Positions 51,835 through 64,000 of a stretch of 64,000 bases of DNA are shown here, piece by piece. Position 1 is the first letter of the stretch; each line of letters opens with the position of its first letter. The DNA is from the human T2T-CHM13v2.0 reference genome, Homo sapiens: NCBI RefSeq assembly GCF_009914755.1, contig NC_060925.1, one strand, 5' to 3'. Under the pieces are notes generated by a model. That model saw nothing but the letters and a program-made list of their open reading frames with translations. It had not been told where the DNA came from and did not search any database. A program made the translations under genes and the position numbers.

Positions 51835-52839
51835 TAGTCAATCCCCACTGTTTGTGGATTCCATGTTTGTGAATTTACCTACTCACTGAAATTTATTTGT
51901 AACCCCAAAATCAATATTAATAGCACATGTATGGCCATTGGTAGACATGTGCAGAGCAGCAAAAATTTGAGTCACTCAAATGAGTACTCATGAGTACTCC
52001 CAAATGAGGGTGAACAAGGTGACACTCTCTGCCTTCTTATTTTAACTCTCACACTTCACACTTTAAAACAAATGTCCTTTTTTTTTTTTTTTTTTTTTAA
52101 GTCAAGGTCTTGCTCTGTTGCCCTAGCTGGAGTGTAGTGGTACTGTCATGGCCCACTGCAGCCTTTAAGTCCTGGGCTCAAGTGATTCTTCCATCTTAGC
52201 CTCTTGAGTACTGAGTAGCTAGGACTACAGGCACAGGCCATCATGCCCAGCTAAGGTTTTTTTGTTTTTGTTTTCGTTTTAAATATTTTTAGAGACAGGG
52301 TCTCACTATGTTACACAAGTTGGTCTCAAACTCCTGGCTTCAAGTGATCCTCCCACCTCATCCTCCCAAGTTGCTGGGATTATAGGTGTAAGCCACTATA
52401 CCTGGCTATAGGTGTCCTTTTTGCAGTGTACTTGGTGTTACATTTTTTGCATTTTTGTATTTTCTGTTGGTGACTTTACTATTTAAAACAGTTCCTGAGC
52501 ATAGTGCCGAAGAGCTGTCAAGAGTCCTAAGTATAACAGTGCTGTGATGTGCCTTATAAAGAAAATATATATGTAATGCAGGCATCATTCAGGCATGAGT
52601 TACAGTCATGCTGGCCATGAGTTCAATGTTACTAGATCAACGATATTTATTTAGTGTCTTTAAACAGAAATACACACAAAACAAGGTTATATATTGATCA
52701 TTAATATATTTGTTGTGACCACAGGCTCACAGGAACCTAACTCTGTATTTCTCCTAGGAACAATAGTTCAGTATTCACCAAGTCAGTGTTCATGGTAACT
52801 TTATAGAACTTAACTACTGTAAATAATGAGAATGAACTG
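51835..52839 (-). mobile_element. MER82 (Tigger-family) element, split by an AluJ
   Basis: gtggattccatgtttgtgaatttacctactcactgaaatttatttgtaacccc...caggaacctaactctgtatttctcctagga...gtaaataatgagaatgaactg. Confidence 0.8.
52078..52406 (-). mobile_element. AluJ
   Basis: Poly(T) followed by a J-type dimer. Flanking TGTCCTTT duplication. Confidence 0.9.
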
Positions 52840-53288
52840 CACAGGAGTAAAAAAAAAAATCTCACCCATAGTACTACAGCCTCGAGTACCTCTTCCACCA
52901 CATGGTTGCCAATGCTGGATTTTATCTATTTTTTTAAATTTTGCCAACCTCACTGGTTTAAAAAGTTGTATTATTCCCCTTTAATATGCATTTCCCTGAT
53001 CAATAAGGCTGAACATATATGAAATAGGCATCTTTCCTGTGTATCACTCCCCATTAATTTTTTCTCTTTTTTGTCTTTCTTAAGTACAGAATTATAACCA
53101 ACTAATCTTTAAACATGCCAAATGCTAAAGGAAGGAAGAGAACAAGAACTGAAAAATTTTCCTGGTCTTTAGCTGGTTGATTGTCCAAAGAGATTTGGGT
53201 CAGTGTTTAGCTCTGGCCAAAAGAGACCCATCCTGGTCAGACAGCAGTTGAGCTGTCTCATAAAAACAATAATCTTGGGAAAAAATAT

Positions 53289-53348
53289 AAAAATAAAATA
53301 AATAAATAAATATATATATATATACACACAAACATACACACACATACA
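53289..53348. repeat. Compound (AAAT)n(AT)n(AC)n
   Basis: Seen directly in the sequence. Confidence 0.8.
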
Positions 53349-54120
53349 GGGTGTAAGCTTGTTAAGCTAATTTCCAGTTAATAGGTGCTCCAGATTACCC
53401 AGTGCTATACATTCATTCTCTTTGTAATACATATTGATTGGTGGTAATGAGCCCACAGATGTCCACAGCAGTAAGCTTTCTAGTATGTACAAGCATATCT
53501 TTTGAAGATCTATACAGTTAATTATACTGATCTTGGAATTTCAAAAGTGAATTATGAGAAAGGAAAACCTTAGTCCTCTTCAGGCTTTGTAGTTTAGGGG
53601 ACAAACCAAGTATAAAGAATGAGAAAGTGCTCTTCAAGATAAAACGTAGGAAGACATGTTAGAAGCAAGTGGTTTGGAAAGGGAGCTTATATCATGGATT
53701 AAAATTAGATGAGTAGACATCCAAGAAAAAAGTCTCAATATTGATCTCCATTGTTAGCCCCTTTGAAAAGACTGGTTTTTCCTTTCCTAACCTGCTCTCT
53801 GAGCCTGCTGAAGAAAAGAAGGGAACAGCCTTGTTTGAAACATGACTATAGAACCCGTGTGGCTCTTCTGAGTCCCCTGAGTTCCTTTATTGATTTCAAA
53901 ACCATGAAGGCTTTTGTTTGAATTTTTGCCATTTCAAAAAATGATAATAGGTCCAAGTTATTGTTAAATTCTCATAAGAACATCAAACATTTTCTGACTA
54001 GAAGACACTAAACATCTGGTATAATTTGCTTCTTAGGATAACTTTATTTAAAAAGAGAGGAAAGAGAAAAGAAAAAGGCTTTGTAACTTTCTCCAGGACC
54101 ATGTCAAGAAACAAAGGTAT

Positions 54121-55002
54121 TGATAATGCAGGATATTTTCTTGATCCCTTCATGAGACCCATGACAGCGGTGCCCCATTTACTCAGCCTGCCATGCTCAA
54201 TGCCTTGTGGGAGGGCATGCGTAGGTGAGCAAATGCAGGAACCAGCTGGCCACTTTGGCACCGGCAGAAGCAAACTCCATGCAGGCCCTGTGGCAGCATC
54301 CAAGTGGGGGTGCCTGCAATGCCAAGACCCCAGAGGGTGTGTTACAATGCTCTCTTAGCTCCACCACCTGTGGACAGCAGTGTGTTACCAGCTCAGTGGG
54401 CCCTTTGCCTTATGTGGGGCAGCTGCCCTCCGCCAGTGAGGGCAAAGGGCCAGTGTGACAGCCTTTTTGGGTATTCACACTTGGTGGGCCCCGAATTCTT
54501 GTCTGGTGCCCAAGAAGAATGAAGTCACACAAATGAATTGAAGGATGGTGAATGCGGATAATTTCACTGAGCAATGAAAGTAGCTCTCAGTGGAAAGGGG
54601 AGCTGGAGGGGAAGGGAAGGGCAGATCTCTCCCCTGAAGTCAGGTTGCCTCTCTCCCTCTCTCCTTGAAGTCAAGCTGCCTCCTTCTGACATCCAGCCAT
54701 CATCTCTGAAGTCAACTCACCTCTTCTAGATATCCAGCTGCTTCTCCCCTCTACTGGCTGAGTCTGGGGTCTTTATAGGCACAGGATGGGGGGCAGGGTA
54801 AGCCATAGGTAGTTTTGAAAAAGGCAACATTCAATTTGTAAAAAGACATTATTCAGAAAGAACCAATCAGGAAAGACCAGGCAAATAGGGATAGAAGTTC
54901 TCACTTTGGGCCACGGGTTTCAGGTTTTTTGGCTTGAAGGTGAGGCTTCACCAGGGACTCACCCCTGTCTGCCTAGAGTTTCTCTGCCTCCTACCTCTAT
55001 TA
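54121..55002 (-). mobile_element. ERV1 solo LTR, LTR28/LTR27/MER52 group
   Basis: The minus strand starts TAATAGAGGTAGGAGGCAGAGAAACTCTAGGCAGACAGGGG...CCCAAAGTGAGAACTTCTATCC and ends CCTGCATTATCA. Imperfect TSD GTAT/TTAT. GC-rich relative to the flanks. Confidence 0.8.
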
Positions 55003-55182
55003 TTATTTATTTTGTTGTAAAGAGAAGTGACAGGTACTAATGTCAAAATGAAACAAAAAAAAAAGGAGAGGTGACTCATTTTTTCAAGGTTGCTAAATAC
55101 TAGCTTAGCATCTTATTTGAGCTTTAGAAAGCAAGGCCCACCTGGGAAGCCAGAAAACAGTTAGTTTTAAAGGTAGGCTAAG

Positions 55183-56590
55183 GCAGATGAATGGATAAGT
55201 GATGAATGGTTAAAGAAAATGTGGTATACATATACAAGAGAATATTATTAAATCATAAAAAGAAGGAAATCCTGCCATTTGTGACAATATGAACATGGAG
55301 GACACTATGCTAAGTGAAATAAGTCAGAGAAAGACAAGTACTAAATGATCTCACCTATGTGTGCAATCTAAACAAGTCAAATTCATAGAAATTGAGAGTA
55401 GAATAGTAGTTGCCAGGGCTTGGCAGATGGAAGAAATGGAGAGATGATGGTCAAGGGTATAAACTTTCAGGTATAAGATAAAAAAGTTCTAACTTCTGGG
55501 AATCTAAAGTAGAGCATACATACTGTACCTGAAATTTGCTAAAAGAGTTGTGATATTGTGAAATATACATTTGATCTTTGTCTAAACACATTTGGTCTTA
55601 GTCCTGGGATACAACTCCTAGAATCTTTGGAATCTTCAAAGTGATAAGTACCTTTTTGTATGCTAATGAGTTTACTGATGGCTGACACCACCCAGGTAGC
55701 TTCAGAATGAGAGCTGTTCACCAGAAAGATCAATGTATGATCAGAAGGGACTTTCAGCTCTACTTCCTAACTTTTCGGGAGGGAAGAGAAGCTGAAGGTT
55801 AAAGCCAATCATCAGTGGCCAATAATTTAACCAACCATGACTATGAAATGAGACTTTCATAAAAATACAAAAGGACAGGGTTCAGAGAGCTTCCAGATAG
55901 CTGAGCAAATGAAAGTCCCTAAAGGGTGGTGCACCCAGAGACAGCATGGAAACTCCACACCCCTTCTTATACATTTCCTTTGCATCTTTATATCCTTTGT
56001 AATATCCTTTATAATAAAGCAGTAAACGTGTTTCCCTTAGTTCTGTGAGTTGCTCTAGCAAATTAATCAAACTCAAAGTGGGGGTTGTGGAAACTCCAAT
56101 TTATTTATAGCAAGTCAGTAAAAGCACAAGCAAAACAATCTGGGAATTGCAATTAGCACAGGAAGTGGGGGCAGTCTTGTGGAATTGAACCCTCAACCTA
56201 TGGGATCTCTAGGTAGATAATGTAAGAATTGAATTGAATTAGAGGGCAACTAGCTAGTGTCTGTTGAAGAATCCGCTACAGAATTGATTGGTTGTTGGTA
56301 GGGAAAAATCCCCACACACTTCTTGGTGACCAAAAGTCACAGAGGTCTTTTCTGTTGACTGTTGTGATATAAAAGCAGAAGAATAACAGATTTTTTTTGT
56401 TTTTGTTTTTGTAGAGAGTAGCTCTTCAATGTCCTCACCACATACACAAAAGTTGTAACTGTGAGGTGATGGATGTACTAAATAACTTGACTGTGATAAC
56501 CATTTCACAATATATGTATATCAAATCATCATTTGTACACCTTAAATTTTTATAGTTATATTTGTCAATTTTGTCAATAAAGTTGAAAAT
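55183..56590 (+). mobile_element. L1MA/MB 3' end, split by MER21
   Basis: gatgaatggataa...aagaaggaaatcctgccatttgtgacaa...gaaatttgctaaaagagt, resuming as gagtagctcttcaatgtcctcacca...aataaagttgaaaa. Confidence 0.85.
55549..56415 (+). mobile_element. MER21 (B/C-like) LTR
   Basis: TGTGATATTGTGAAATATACATTTG...gtatgctaatgag...ggtagcttcagaatg. GAGT duplicated at 55545-55548 and 56416-56419. Confidence 0.85.
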
Positions 56591-56749
56591 AATAAACCAG
56601 AGAGAAATATATGCAAAGAAATCAAAACTAAGCAATATTATACTTTATTGTTTATTCTGACAACAAACCCAAGTATAGCACTCCAATAATAACAAATAAT
56701 GGAGAAGACTTCTATATTCCTAAGCAATGTCTGTTGAAATGGTCTCGAC

Positions 56750-57059
56750 TTTCACTGTCCAATATGGTAGCCACATGTGGCTATTAAGCATTTGATATTT
56801 GGCTAGTTAGAATTGGGATGCACTCCAAGTGTAAAATGCATGACAGACTTCAAAGGTTTAGTGCAAAAAAGGAAAAAGATTATAAAATATTCCATTAATA
56901 ATTTTTGTATTGATTATATCCTTAAAATATTTTGGATATATTAAATTAACTATATTGTTAAAATTAATGCCATCTGTTTCTCTTTGATGTGGCTACTAGA
57001 AAATTTCAAATGTATTACATTATATGTAGCTTGTATTACATTCGTATTGGATAGTGCTG
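56750..57059 (-). mobile_element. MER33 (hAT-Charlie)
   Basis: ctgtccaatatggtagccacatgtggctatt...tgtggctactagaaaattt...ttggatagtgctg. Confidence 0.75.
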
Positions 57060-57788
57060 ACTGAAAACTATCCAAATTGTAAAATCTGTTCTATTTGCAG
57101 CCCCCCTTCCATTGTATTCCTTTAGTCTCAGAACTTAACACAACAGTAGGATAAAAAGTCATATAAGAAAAACGTCAAAGAAAGGAAAAGTATTTACCCC
57201 ATTGCCTTCTCCCCTTTGATATATTTAGGAAAACAAGACTGTTACGTACATTTGAATCAATTGCATGGTGTAGCCTTTTTGTGCTGGTTGCGGCTTCACT
57301 GTTTACTTCCTCACCTGCCACAGCTTAAAGCAGCACTATAAGCTGCACTATGCTTTTCAATATGATGCCACTCCTTCCTCTAGGCACCAGCAGTAGTGGT
57401 AAATGTGTTACACATTTATACTTCCCTTTTCTACCCACACCACCACCACCCAAAGCTTTAATATGTACTAAATTTCCTTAAGTTTTGGGATATAGAGGAT
57501 TTATGCCCCAGAAACACAAATATCTCAGACTTAAATTTTAGAAATTATGTTCTGAAAATTCCTTCACCCACCCAGATGCTAAATTCTCTTTCCCCAGGCT
57601 CAGCCTCTGCTGGTGGCTTAACTGCTTTTTTCCCTTTTATTTCTTATGTAGAACAGTTTAGCTACACTTTTAGTTTCTTACCGTAGTACAACTTATTCCC
57701 CTAGAGCCTCACCTACTTCCCTCTGTATCCTAAATGACTTTGCCTACATTTCTCTATACAAAACTTTTCCTGCTTGAAAAGAACTACT

Positions 57789-58090
57789 GGACCAGGTGCA
57801 GTGACTCATGCTTGTAATCCTAGCACACCGGATACTGAGGCAGGAGGATCACTTGAACTCAGGAGACCAGCCTGGGCAACATGGTGGTACCTCCTCTCTA
57901 CAAAATATTTTAAAACTTAGCCAGCCATGTAGCACATGCCTATAGTCCCAGCTACTCGGGATGCTGAGATGGGAGGATTGCTTGAGATGGGGAGATTCAG
58001 GCTGCCACTGCAGTCCAGCCTGGGTGATAGACCAAAACCCTGTCTCAGAAAAACAGAAAAACAAACAAACAAAGCAAAGCAAAGAAAAAA
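57789..58090 (+). mobile_element. AluJ (internal deletions)
   Basis: ggaccaggtgcagtgactcatgcttgtaatcc...gggaggattgcttgag followed by an A-rich tail. Confidence 0.88.
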
Positions 58091-58138
58091 TAATAGTATT
58101 TCCTGTTAAGGCATTTAAAAAATTTTTCCAATTTTGAA

Positions 58139-58163
58139 TTTTTTTTTTTTTTTTTTTTTTTTT
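58139..58163. repeat. T25 homopolymer
   Basis: 25 consecutive T. Confidence 0.9.
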
Positions 58164-58683
58164 CAGTAATATAGCCCAATGCCAATCAATGCAGCCTGCC
58201 AAAAGTCTTCATCTACAGTAGCCCTGGGAAAGAGGAAAAATCCTTTGCAGAGAATACCCATTCCCATTAGAAGTAATCTCAGTGTTTATCATTAATTCCA
58301 CTGGAAGTAGGAAAAAACACAAAAATAAGAGACTAAGATTTCAGATGACGTGAGATACCACTTTTGAATGCAACTCCATCCTTAAGATAAATGCCCTGGA
58401 TCTTAAATACAACTTTTTCTCCTATAAGGGTGAAACTTCTTGCTGAAGATCCAGACTTTCCTTAGGGAAACTTGAAGGCAGATGGGAGGAGCTTTAATTT
58501 CCTATAAGTAGGAGCTCTTCATTTCTCTGGAACTTTCCTTCTTTGCCAAGCCAAATTTAACTCCTTCTTTAAATTATAGCTCCAGGCATCATTTCCTCAG
58601 GGAAGCCTTTTCTGAATAGCCTATTCCCTAGGCCTCAGCCCCACCCCACTCAACACAGACTGGGTTGGGTTCCTTCAGAGTAA

Positions 58684-58997
58684 AATCAGTCCTCCATATC
58701 CATGAGTTAATGCATCTGCAAAGTCAACCAACCACGGATCAAAAATATTTGGAAAAATAAAAAAATTGTACAAAGTTGCAAAAAGCAAAACTTGAATTTG
58801 CCATGTGCTAAGTACTACATTGAATCCACACAAATTAAGTGATGTGTAGGCATTGTATTAAGTAGTAATAGTAATCTGGATGTGAATAGGTTCCACGCAA
58901 ATACTATACCATTTTATATAAGGGACTTAACTATGCGCAGATTTTGGTGTCTGAGGGGGTACTGGAACCAAGCCCCCAAGATACCAGAGGATGGCTG
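58684..58997. mobile_element. MER2B-like Tigger MITE (inside an L2)
   Basis: cagtcctccatatccatg...caaccaaccacggatcaaaaatatt...ggtactggaaccaagcccc...gaggatggctgta. Confidence 0.75.
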
Positions 58998-59062
58998 TAT
59001 TTCCTGAGCATTCTGTACTTCTCACTAAGATAACCTTTATCATATCTTATAATTATTATGAC

Positions 59063-59180
59063 TTGAGATAGGATCTCACTGTGTTGCCCAGGCTAGTCTC
59101 GAGCTCCTGAGCTCAAGTGATCCTTACACCTCAGCATCTAAAGTAGCTGGGACTATAGGTATGTGTCACTGTACCCAGCC
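59063..59180 (-). mobile_element. FLAM / Alu monomer
   Basis: ttgagataggatctcactgtgttgcccaggctagtctc...cccagcc. Confidence 0.82.
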
Positions 59181-59854
59181 TACAATACATTATTGCAATT
59201 TATTTGTCTGATTCTCCCAGTATACTGAGAGCTTCTTAAGGGTCTCAACTCCTCTTTGAATCCCCAATAAATAAACATGATATCAGGTTCATAGCAAGTG
59301 TTTAATAAATGCCTGAATTTATGAATAGATAATGACAGTTGAAATAAATAAATATTTACTCTAAATCTCCTATTCTGAAATGCGTTCCAATATACCTTAT
59401 ATGATGAAGAAGCTACAGAAACTTGATGGAAGGAAGGCTAAGGAGACCTTCCAAGACAGCTTTTTCCTCATTTTTTTATCATTTTGGTTTGCCTCCTTCA
59501 TGAAAGATTTTCACAAATCATGAGTTTGAACACGGACTTACATTTCAGTTACGCATGTTTTCCCCAACCTCTATACTTTAGCTTTCAACCCATATGTTGT
59601 TTTGAGAAGTGGGCCTGTACTTAATACCTCTACCTGTAAATAATTCCAATGAAAGGATAACTTATAAAGCAAATGAAAAGTTAATTAAAAAATAAATCTA
59701 ATTGACCTTTTGTGGATGTGGGTGGAAGTAGTTTAACTGTACTTCTAAGCTTTTATAACTTAATATAACATCTATTTAAAAATTATAAGTGAATATAAAT
59801 AAACTTTATTACAGTTCAATTTTAAGAGGTATACAATTAAAAGGTAAATTATTT

Positions 59855-59970
59855 AGAGTGATTAACCATCCCACTTTTCCTGGGATTGGGGGATTTCTCA
59901 GGATGCTGGTCTTTCAGTGTGAAACCTGTGACAGTCCTGGCCAAATTGGGAACGGTGTTGGTCATCCAAC
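59855..59970. mobile_element. MER81 (hAT-Blackjack MITE)
   Basis: tagagtgattaaccatccc...gttggtcatccaa TIR-like ends, about 115 bp. Confidence 0.7.
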
Positions 59971-60639
59971 TAATATACGACATTGAGATGAGGGTTTTCT
60001 TTCTTTTTCTCGGTTAGACAAATGTTTCTTCATTAAACACATGATCATTTTCTCCAGGATTATTTTGTAATCACTGAATCACTTAATAGGTATTACAAGT
60101 TATTGCATGCAAATCACTTCAAAGAAAATAAATTACTAACACATAACTTTTTTTATATATACTCACTGTACTTGGATTACTTTCAATTTTCTTATGTTAA
60201 AATGCATTTAAACCACTTAATACTTTCCTGAAAATGTATTTTTAAATTATTTTTACATTTGCTAAAGTTAACAAAATGCTTATAAAATAAATTAAGTTGA
60301 TTACCTAAGAAAAATGTTTCTTTTACTATAAACTAGTAATAGAAATGCTTGGCACATGTTAATCTGTGGATATGCCTGTTATCTCTGGTTAGGTATAAAT
60401 GCCTTCTCTAAGCGTTGTTATGTACTAAATTGACAGGCAGGAATATGAATTCACCTTCCATTTTCTCATCAATAGAGTGAGATAAAATCATAATAGAGTA
60501 GAGAGAACTCTGTTTTATTCCATTTCTACTCCGTAGAACTAAGGATTCTTCCATTTCCCTTTTTCTATTTCATCAATTTAACCTTCATCTACTCATCCAC
60601 TTAAGATAAAGAGAAAAAAGGTAAACACATGGTAAATAA

Positions 60640-61862
60640 CACCCGACTATTTCTCACCATGTCTATTACCACCATCCTGGTCCAACTCACCATCATCTTG
60701 TACCTGGATTATAACTTCCACTCTTGTCTTTAGACTATTCTCAATACACTAGTAACAATGATTCTTTTAAAATCAAATTATGTCACTCTTCTCTCCAAAC
60801 TCTTCAATAACTTATGGTCCCAGTTAGAGTAAAAGCTAAAGTCATTATGAGGACCTATGAGATCTGCCCTGTCCCTCATCTCTCTGACCTTATCTTCTAC
60901 CTTGCTCATTACATGGTGTTTCTAGATTACCTCAAGCAAGCTCCTCTCCCAAGGCCTTTGCACTGGCTGTTCCTTCTGCCTAGGATGCTCTTCACTGAGA
61001 AATCAGCATGGCTGGCTTTTTCAAGAGCTTTATATGTATATATGTTTACATATATTTATACATATTCAAGTCTTTATATGCATACAAATATATGGAAATA
61101 TATTTGTATACCTATATACTGTGTGCCAGGTAGTATATGTGCCAGTAGAATATATAAATATATTTATATATATTTATATACACATAAACTTGAACACACA
61201 TGTGCACACACCCAAATTTTTTTGAGACAGAGTCTCACTCTGTCAGTCAGGCTGGAGTGCAGTGGTGCGATCATGGCTCACTGCAGCCTTAACCTATTAC
61301 AGGCATGTGCCACCATGCCTGGCAACTTTTGTATTTTTTGTAGAGATGAGGTTTTACCTTGTTGCCCAGTCTGGTCTGTTGTTGTTGTTTGTTTGTTTTA
61401 TTTTTGTTTGTTTGTTTGTTTTTAAATAGAGACAGGGTCTTGCTATATTGACCAGGCTAGTCTTGAACTCCTGCCCTCAAACAATCCTCCCACCTCAACC
61501 TTCCAAAGTGCTGGGATTACAAGCATGAGCCACTGTCCCTAGCTAAATGTTTTCTTAAATATCACTTTCTTAGTGAGCCCTTCTCTGATGACTCCAACTT
61601 ATAATCAAATCCTATCTACACTTCCTTAACTCAGGTTGCTTCCTTTCTTCATTTTCCATCATATGAAATACTATGTATTCTATTTTTTATTTGTTTATTA
61701 TCTGTCTCCAACTAGAATGTAAGCTTGGTGCCCTGTGAGGAGATTTTATCTCTCTGTCTCTCTCACTTTCTCATTTGTTTTGTTCACTGGTGTATCCTTG
61801 GTGCCTAGAATACTGCCTGGCACACAGTAGGCACTCAAACATTTATGAATGCATGAATGATT
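60640..61862 (+). mobile_element. L2 3' fragment, interrupted by a TA-rich tract (about 61030-61200) and an AluJ
   Basis: ccatcatcttgtacctggattat...caaggcctttgcactggctgttccttctgcc...gcctggcacacagtaggcactcaa...gaatgcatgaatga. Confidence 0.75.
61217..61543 (-). mobile_element. AluJ, rearranged, with internal (GTTT)n
   Basis: Alu segments at 61217-61375 and 61425-61543 separated by a GTT/GTTT run. Confidence 0.85.
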
Positions 61863-62254
61863 GAAGGGCAACTATGAAGTCCTGTAAGTCAGCTTTTCTT
61901 AGCTTCCTGGAAACTAAAATTCCAAAGTTGAAATTTTCTTTTAAAATAAAAATAATGAAATCTGTTTAAAAAGTAAAGGAAAAGGAAAAAACCCCAAGGA
62001 AATGGTAATATATTGATTCTGAATAGTAATTTGTGTCTCAGTGTGACCAAATTGACCAGACCTGCTTAGAGACTTTGTTCTGTTAAGACAATAGAGGAAC
62101 CCAGGGCTGAGACCTCAGGACTATGGCGAGGAGAGGAAGGAGCTAAACAATATAATCTATTTCTTTCACATTTTCAGTGGAGCTGGCCTTGACTTCACAG
62201 ACAATGACATTTTATTTATTTACTTATTTTTGAGTTGTAAAAACTTGACATTTT

Positions 62255-63255
62255 AAGTTTTATTTTGAAAGAACTGTAAATTTATAGAAAAGTTACTAAT
62301 AGACTACAGATAATTTGTTTTTGCTATGAATCGTTCAAAAATAAGTTGCTAATCTGATGCTCCACTACCTCCAAATATTTTAGTTTATATTTCTTACCAA
62401 CAACTACAGCCTCCTATATAACCACAATACAGTCTTCATACTTAGACCCTGGTGAGGTTTCACTAATTATCTCAATAATGTCATTTATGGCCAAAGTATC
62501 CTGACTTGGAATCACATGCTGCATTTAGATATCATGTCTCTTCAGTGTTTTTCAGTCCTGAACAGTTCCTCAGTCTTTATTCAACTTTGTGACCTTTATA
62601 TTTCTAAAGATTAGAGGCCATGGGCATGTCATATTTCTGTATAATTGAATTCAGTTATAAATATTTGGCAGGAATATCACAGAAATAATGTTACATTCTT
62701 TTTATTTCATCCTATCTTGTGGTATATGATTTAATTTTCCTCCAATCTATGATATTCACTTTTATCACTACATTTTTTTAATATTTCTTATTGTCTGCCA
62801 GCCTATGTTAACATTATTAACTATAATGTTAAGGGTTTTTTTTTAATTAATAAATATTTTGTGGGAAGGGATTTTGAAACTATATATATCCCATTTTAAA
62901 CAAAATTTTGATTAATTAATTACTATTTGTCTAAAGTCTTGGTTTCCTATTTTAGTAACAATGAATAGATTATAACGTGTTGCTATCATGATTTACTTAG
63001 ATGCTCAAATTGGTTTCGATTCAACTAGTGGAACCCCTTCAAGCTGGCTTCTGTGTCCTATTGATATGTCACCATTACTTTGGCATAAAAAGATTTTCCA
63101 AGATCATATTGTATTTTGCTTCCCCTAGTTCTGGAATTTGCCATTTCACTTCTCTGAGGATCTTCATTTCGTAGAGTGAAGAATGGTATTTAGAAGTCAA
63201 GATCTGGAAACTAGGTATGTTCTTTGCTATGGAATATGTGTATGGGAATACATGC

Positions 63256-63288
<33 letters not shown>

Positions 63289-63945
63289 TGTATTTTTCTG
63301 AGTGTGTACACATACACACATTTATATCTTTTATTTCTACATTTAATCTGTGTATATTGAAAGCCATGCCTTCATATCATATCTCCAATTTCAATTCGAA
63401 CACAAAGTTCATTGCAGTTTTCTCATTTTCTGTATTTGTATATCTCTCCTCTGAGAGAAATCTGGCTCCTATTGTCTTTAATTTATCTAGTTATTTGATG
63501 AATTCTACCACATATAACCAACCTCCCATATCTGTCATCATCTATTCCCCATGAAGATGCTCTTCTCATCTCACACAGGCTTCAATATCCTGACCCAGGC
63601 GATGCCTCTCACCTGGATGCCTTGGTCATGCCAATCAGGCTCTGACACACCAGGCCAGATCTCCCTTCTGTATCAATGCCCATCTGGCACTGGGCTGCCT
63701 CCAAGTGTGAATGCTCTCTTCACCTCACTCAGGTTCTGACTCCCCATGCCAGGCTGCTCCCCAGGATCACAGGCCCTCCTCTCTGTGCATAAGATCGGGC
63801 ACCCTATGCCAGGCCATTCCTTCTACAGGGAAACCATGCTTACCCCACCTGGGCTCTAAAACCCCATACTAGGTTGTCTTTCCAAGTCTGAACCTTCCTC
63901 ATCTTACGCTAAGCTGTCTTCAGGTGTGGATGCTCTCTTCTTCTG
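62255..63945 (-). mobile_element. Old L1 (L1MC-like) 3' UTR
   Basis: ttttattttgaaagaactgtaaatttatagaaaagtt...gatgctcaaattggtttcgattcaactagtggaaccccttcaagctggcttctgtgtcc...gaatggtatttagaagtcaagatctgg. Confidence 0.7.
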
Positions 63946-64000
63946 AGATTTCCTGTTTAATAGATTTTGGATATTCATATATGTATATATATGAATATAT

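Noticed and set aside
54355-54380. CTCF-like motif in the LTR (ccaccacctgtggac)
   Set aside because: The spacing does not fit the CCASYAGRKGGC core without an indel.
60814-61425. Longest ORF in the track (203 aa)
   Set aside because: It is a patchwork of L2, TA-rich low-complexity and antisense Alu sequence (LRQSLTLSVRLECSG is an Alu translation), not a gene.

Overview
Primate, almost certainly human, genomic DNA (an AluYa5 is present). It is AT-rich and CpG-depleted, with no CpG island or promoter. The only protein-coding sequence I can support is one 108-nt internal exon on the minus strand (8926-9033, EIARHLRPGTLRAIFGKTKIQNAVHCTDLPEDGLLE), which I recognise as the penultimate coding exon of NME7 (NDK7/nm23-H7, C-terminal NDK domain B; 1q24, next to ATP1B1). 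The rest of the window is NME7 intron, densely filled with interspersed repeats: about 20 Alu/FLAM/FAM copies, L1 and L2 fragments, MIRs, at least 10 solo LTRs (several with intact target-site duplications, including a three-layer nest), Tigger/hAT DNA-transposon relics and microsatellites. The supplied ORFs are spurious or repeat-derived, apart from decayed L1 ORF2 pieces. I found no evidence of a new biological system. The most notable items are the splice architecture of the NME7 exon, a young AluYa5, a MER61-type LTR carrying a p53-like element, an internal-only L1 fragment and a perfect 32-bp duplication. Repeat subfamily names come from my memory of consensus sequences and need RepeatMasker/Dfam confirmation. 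Boundaries without a stated TSD are approximate.
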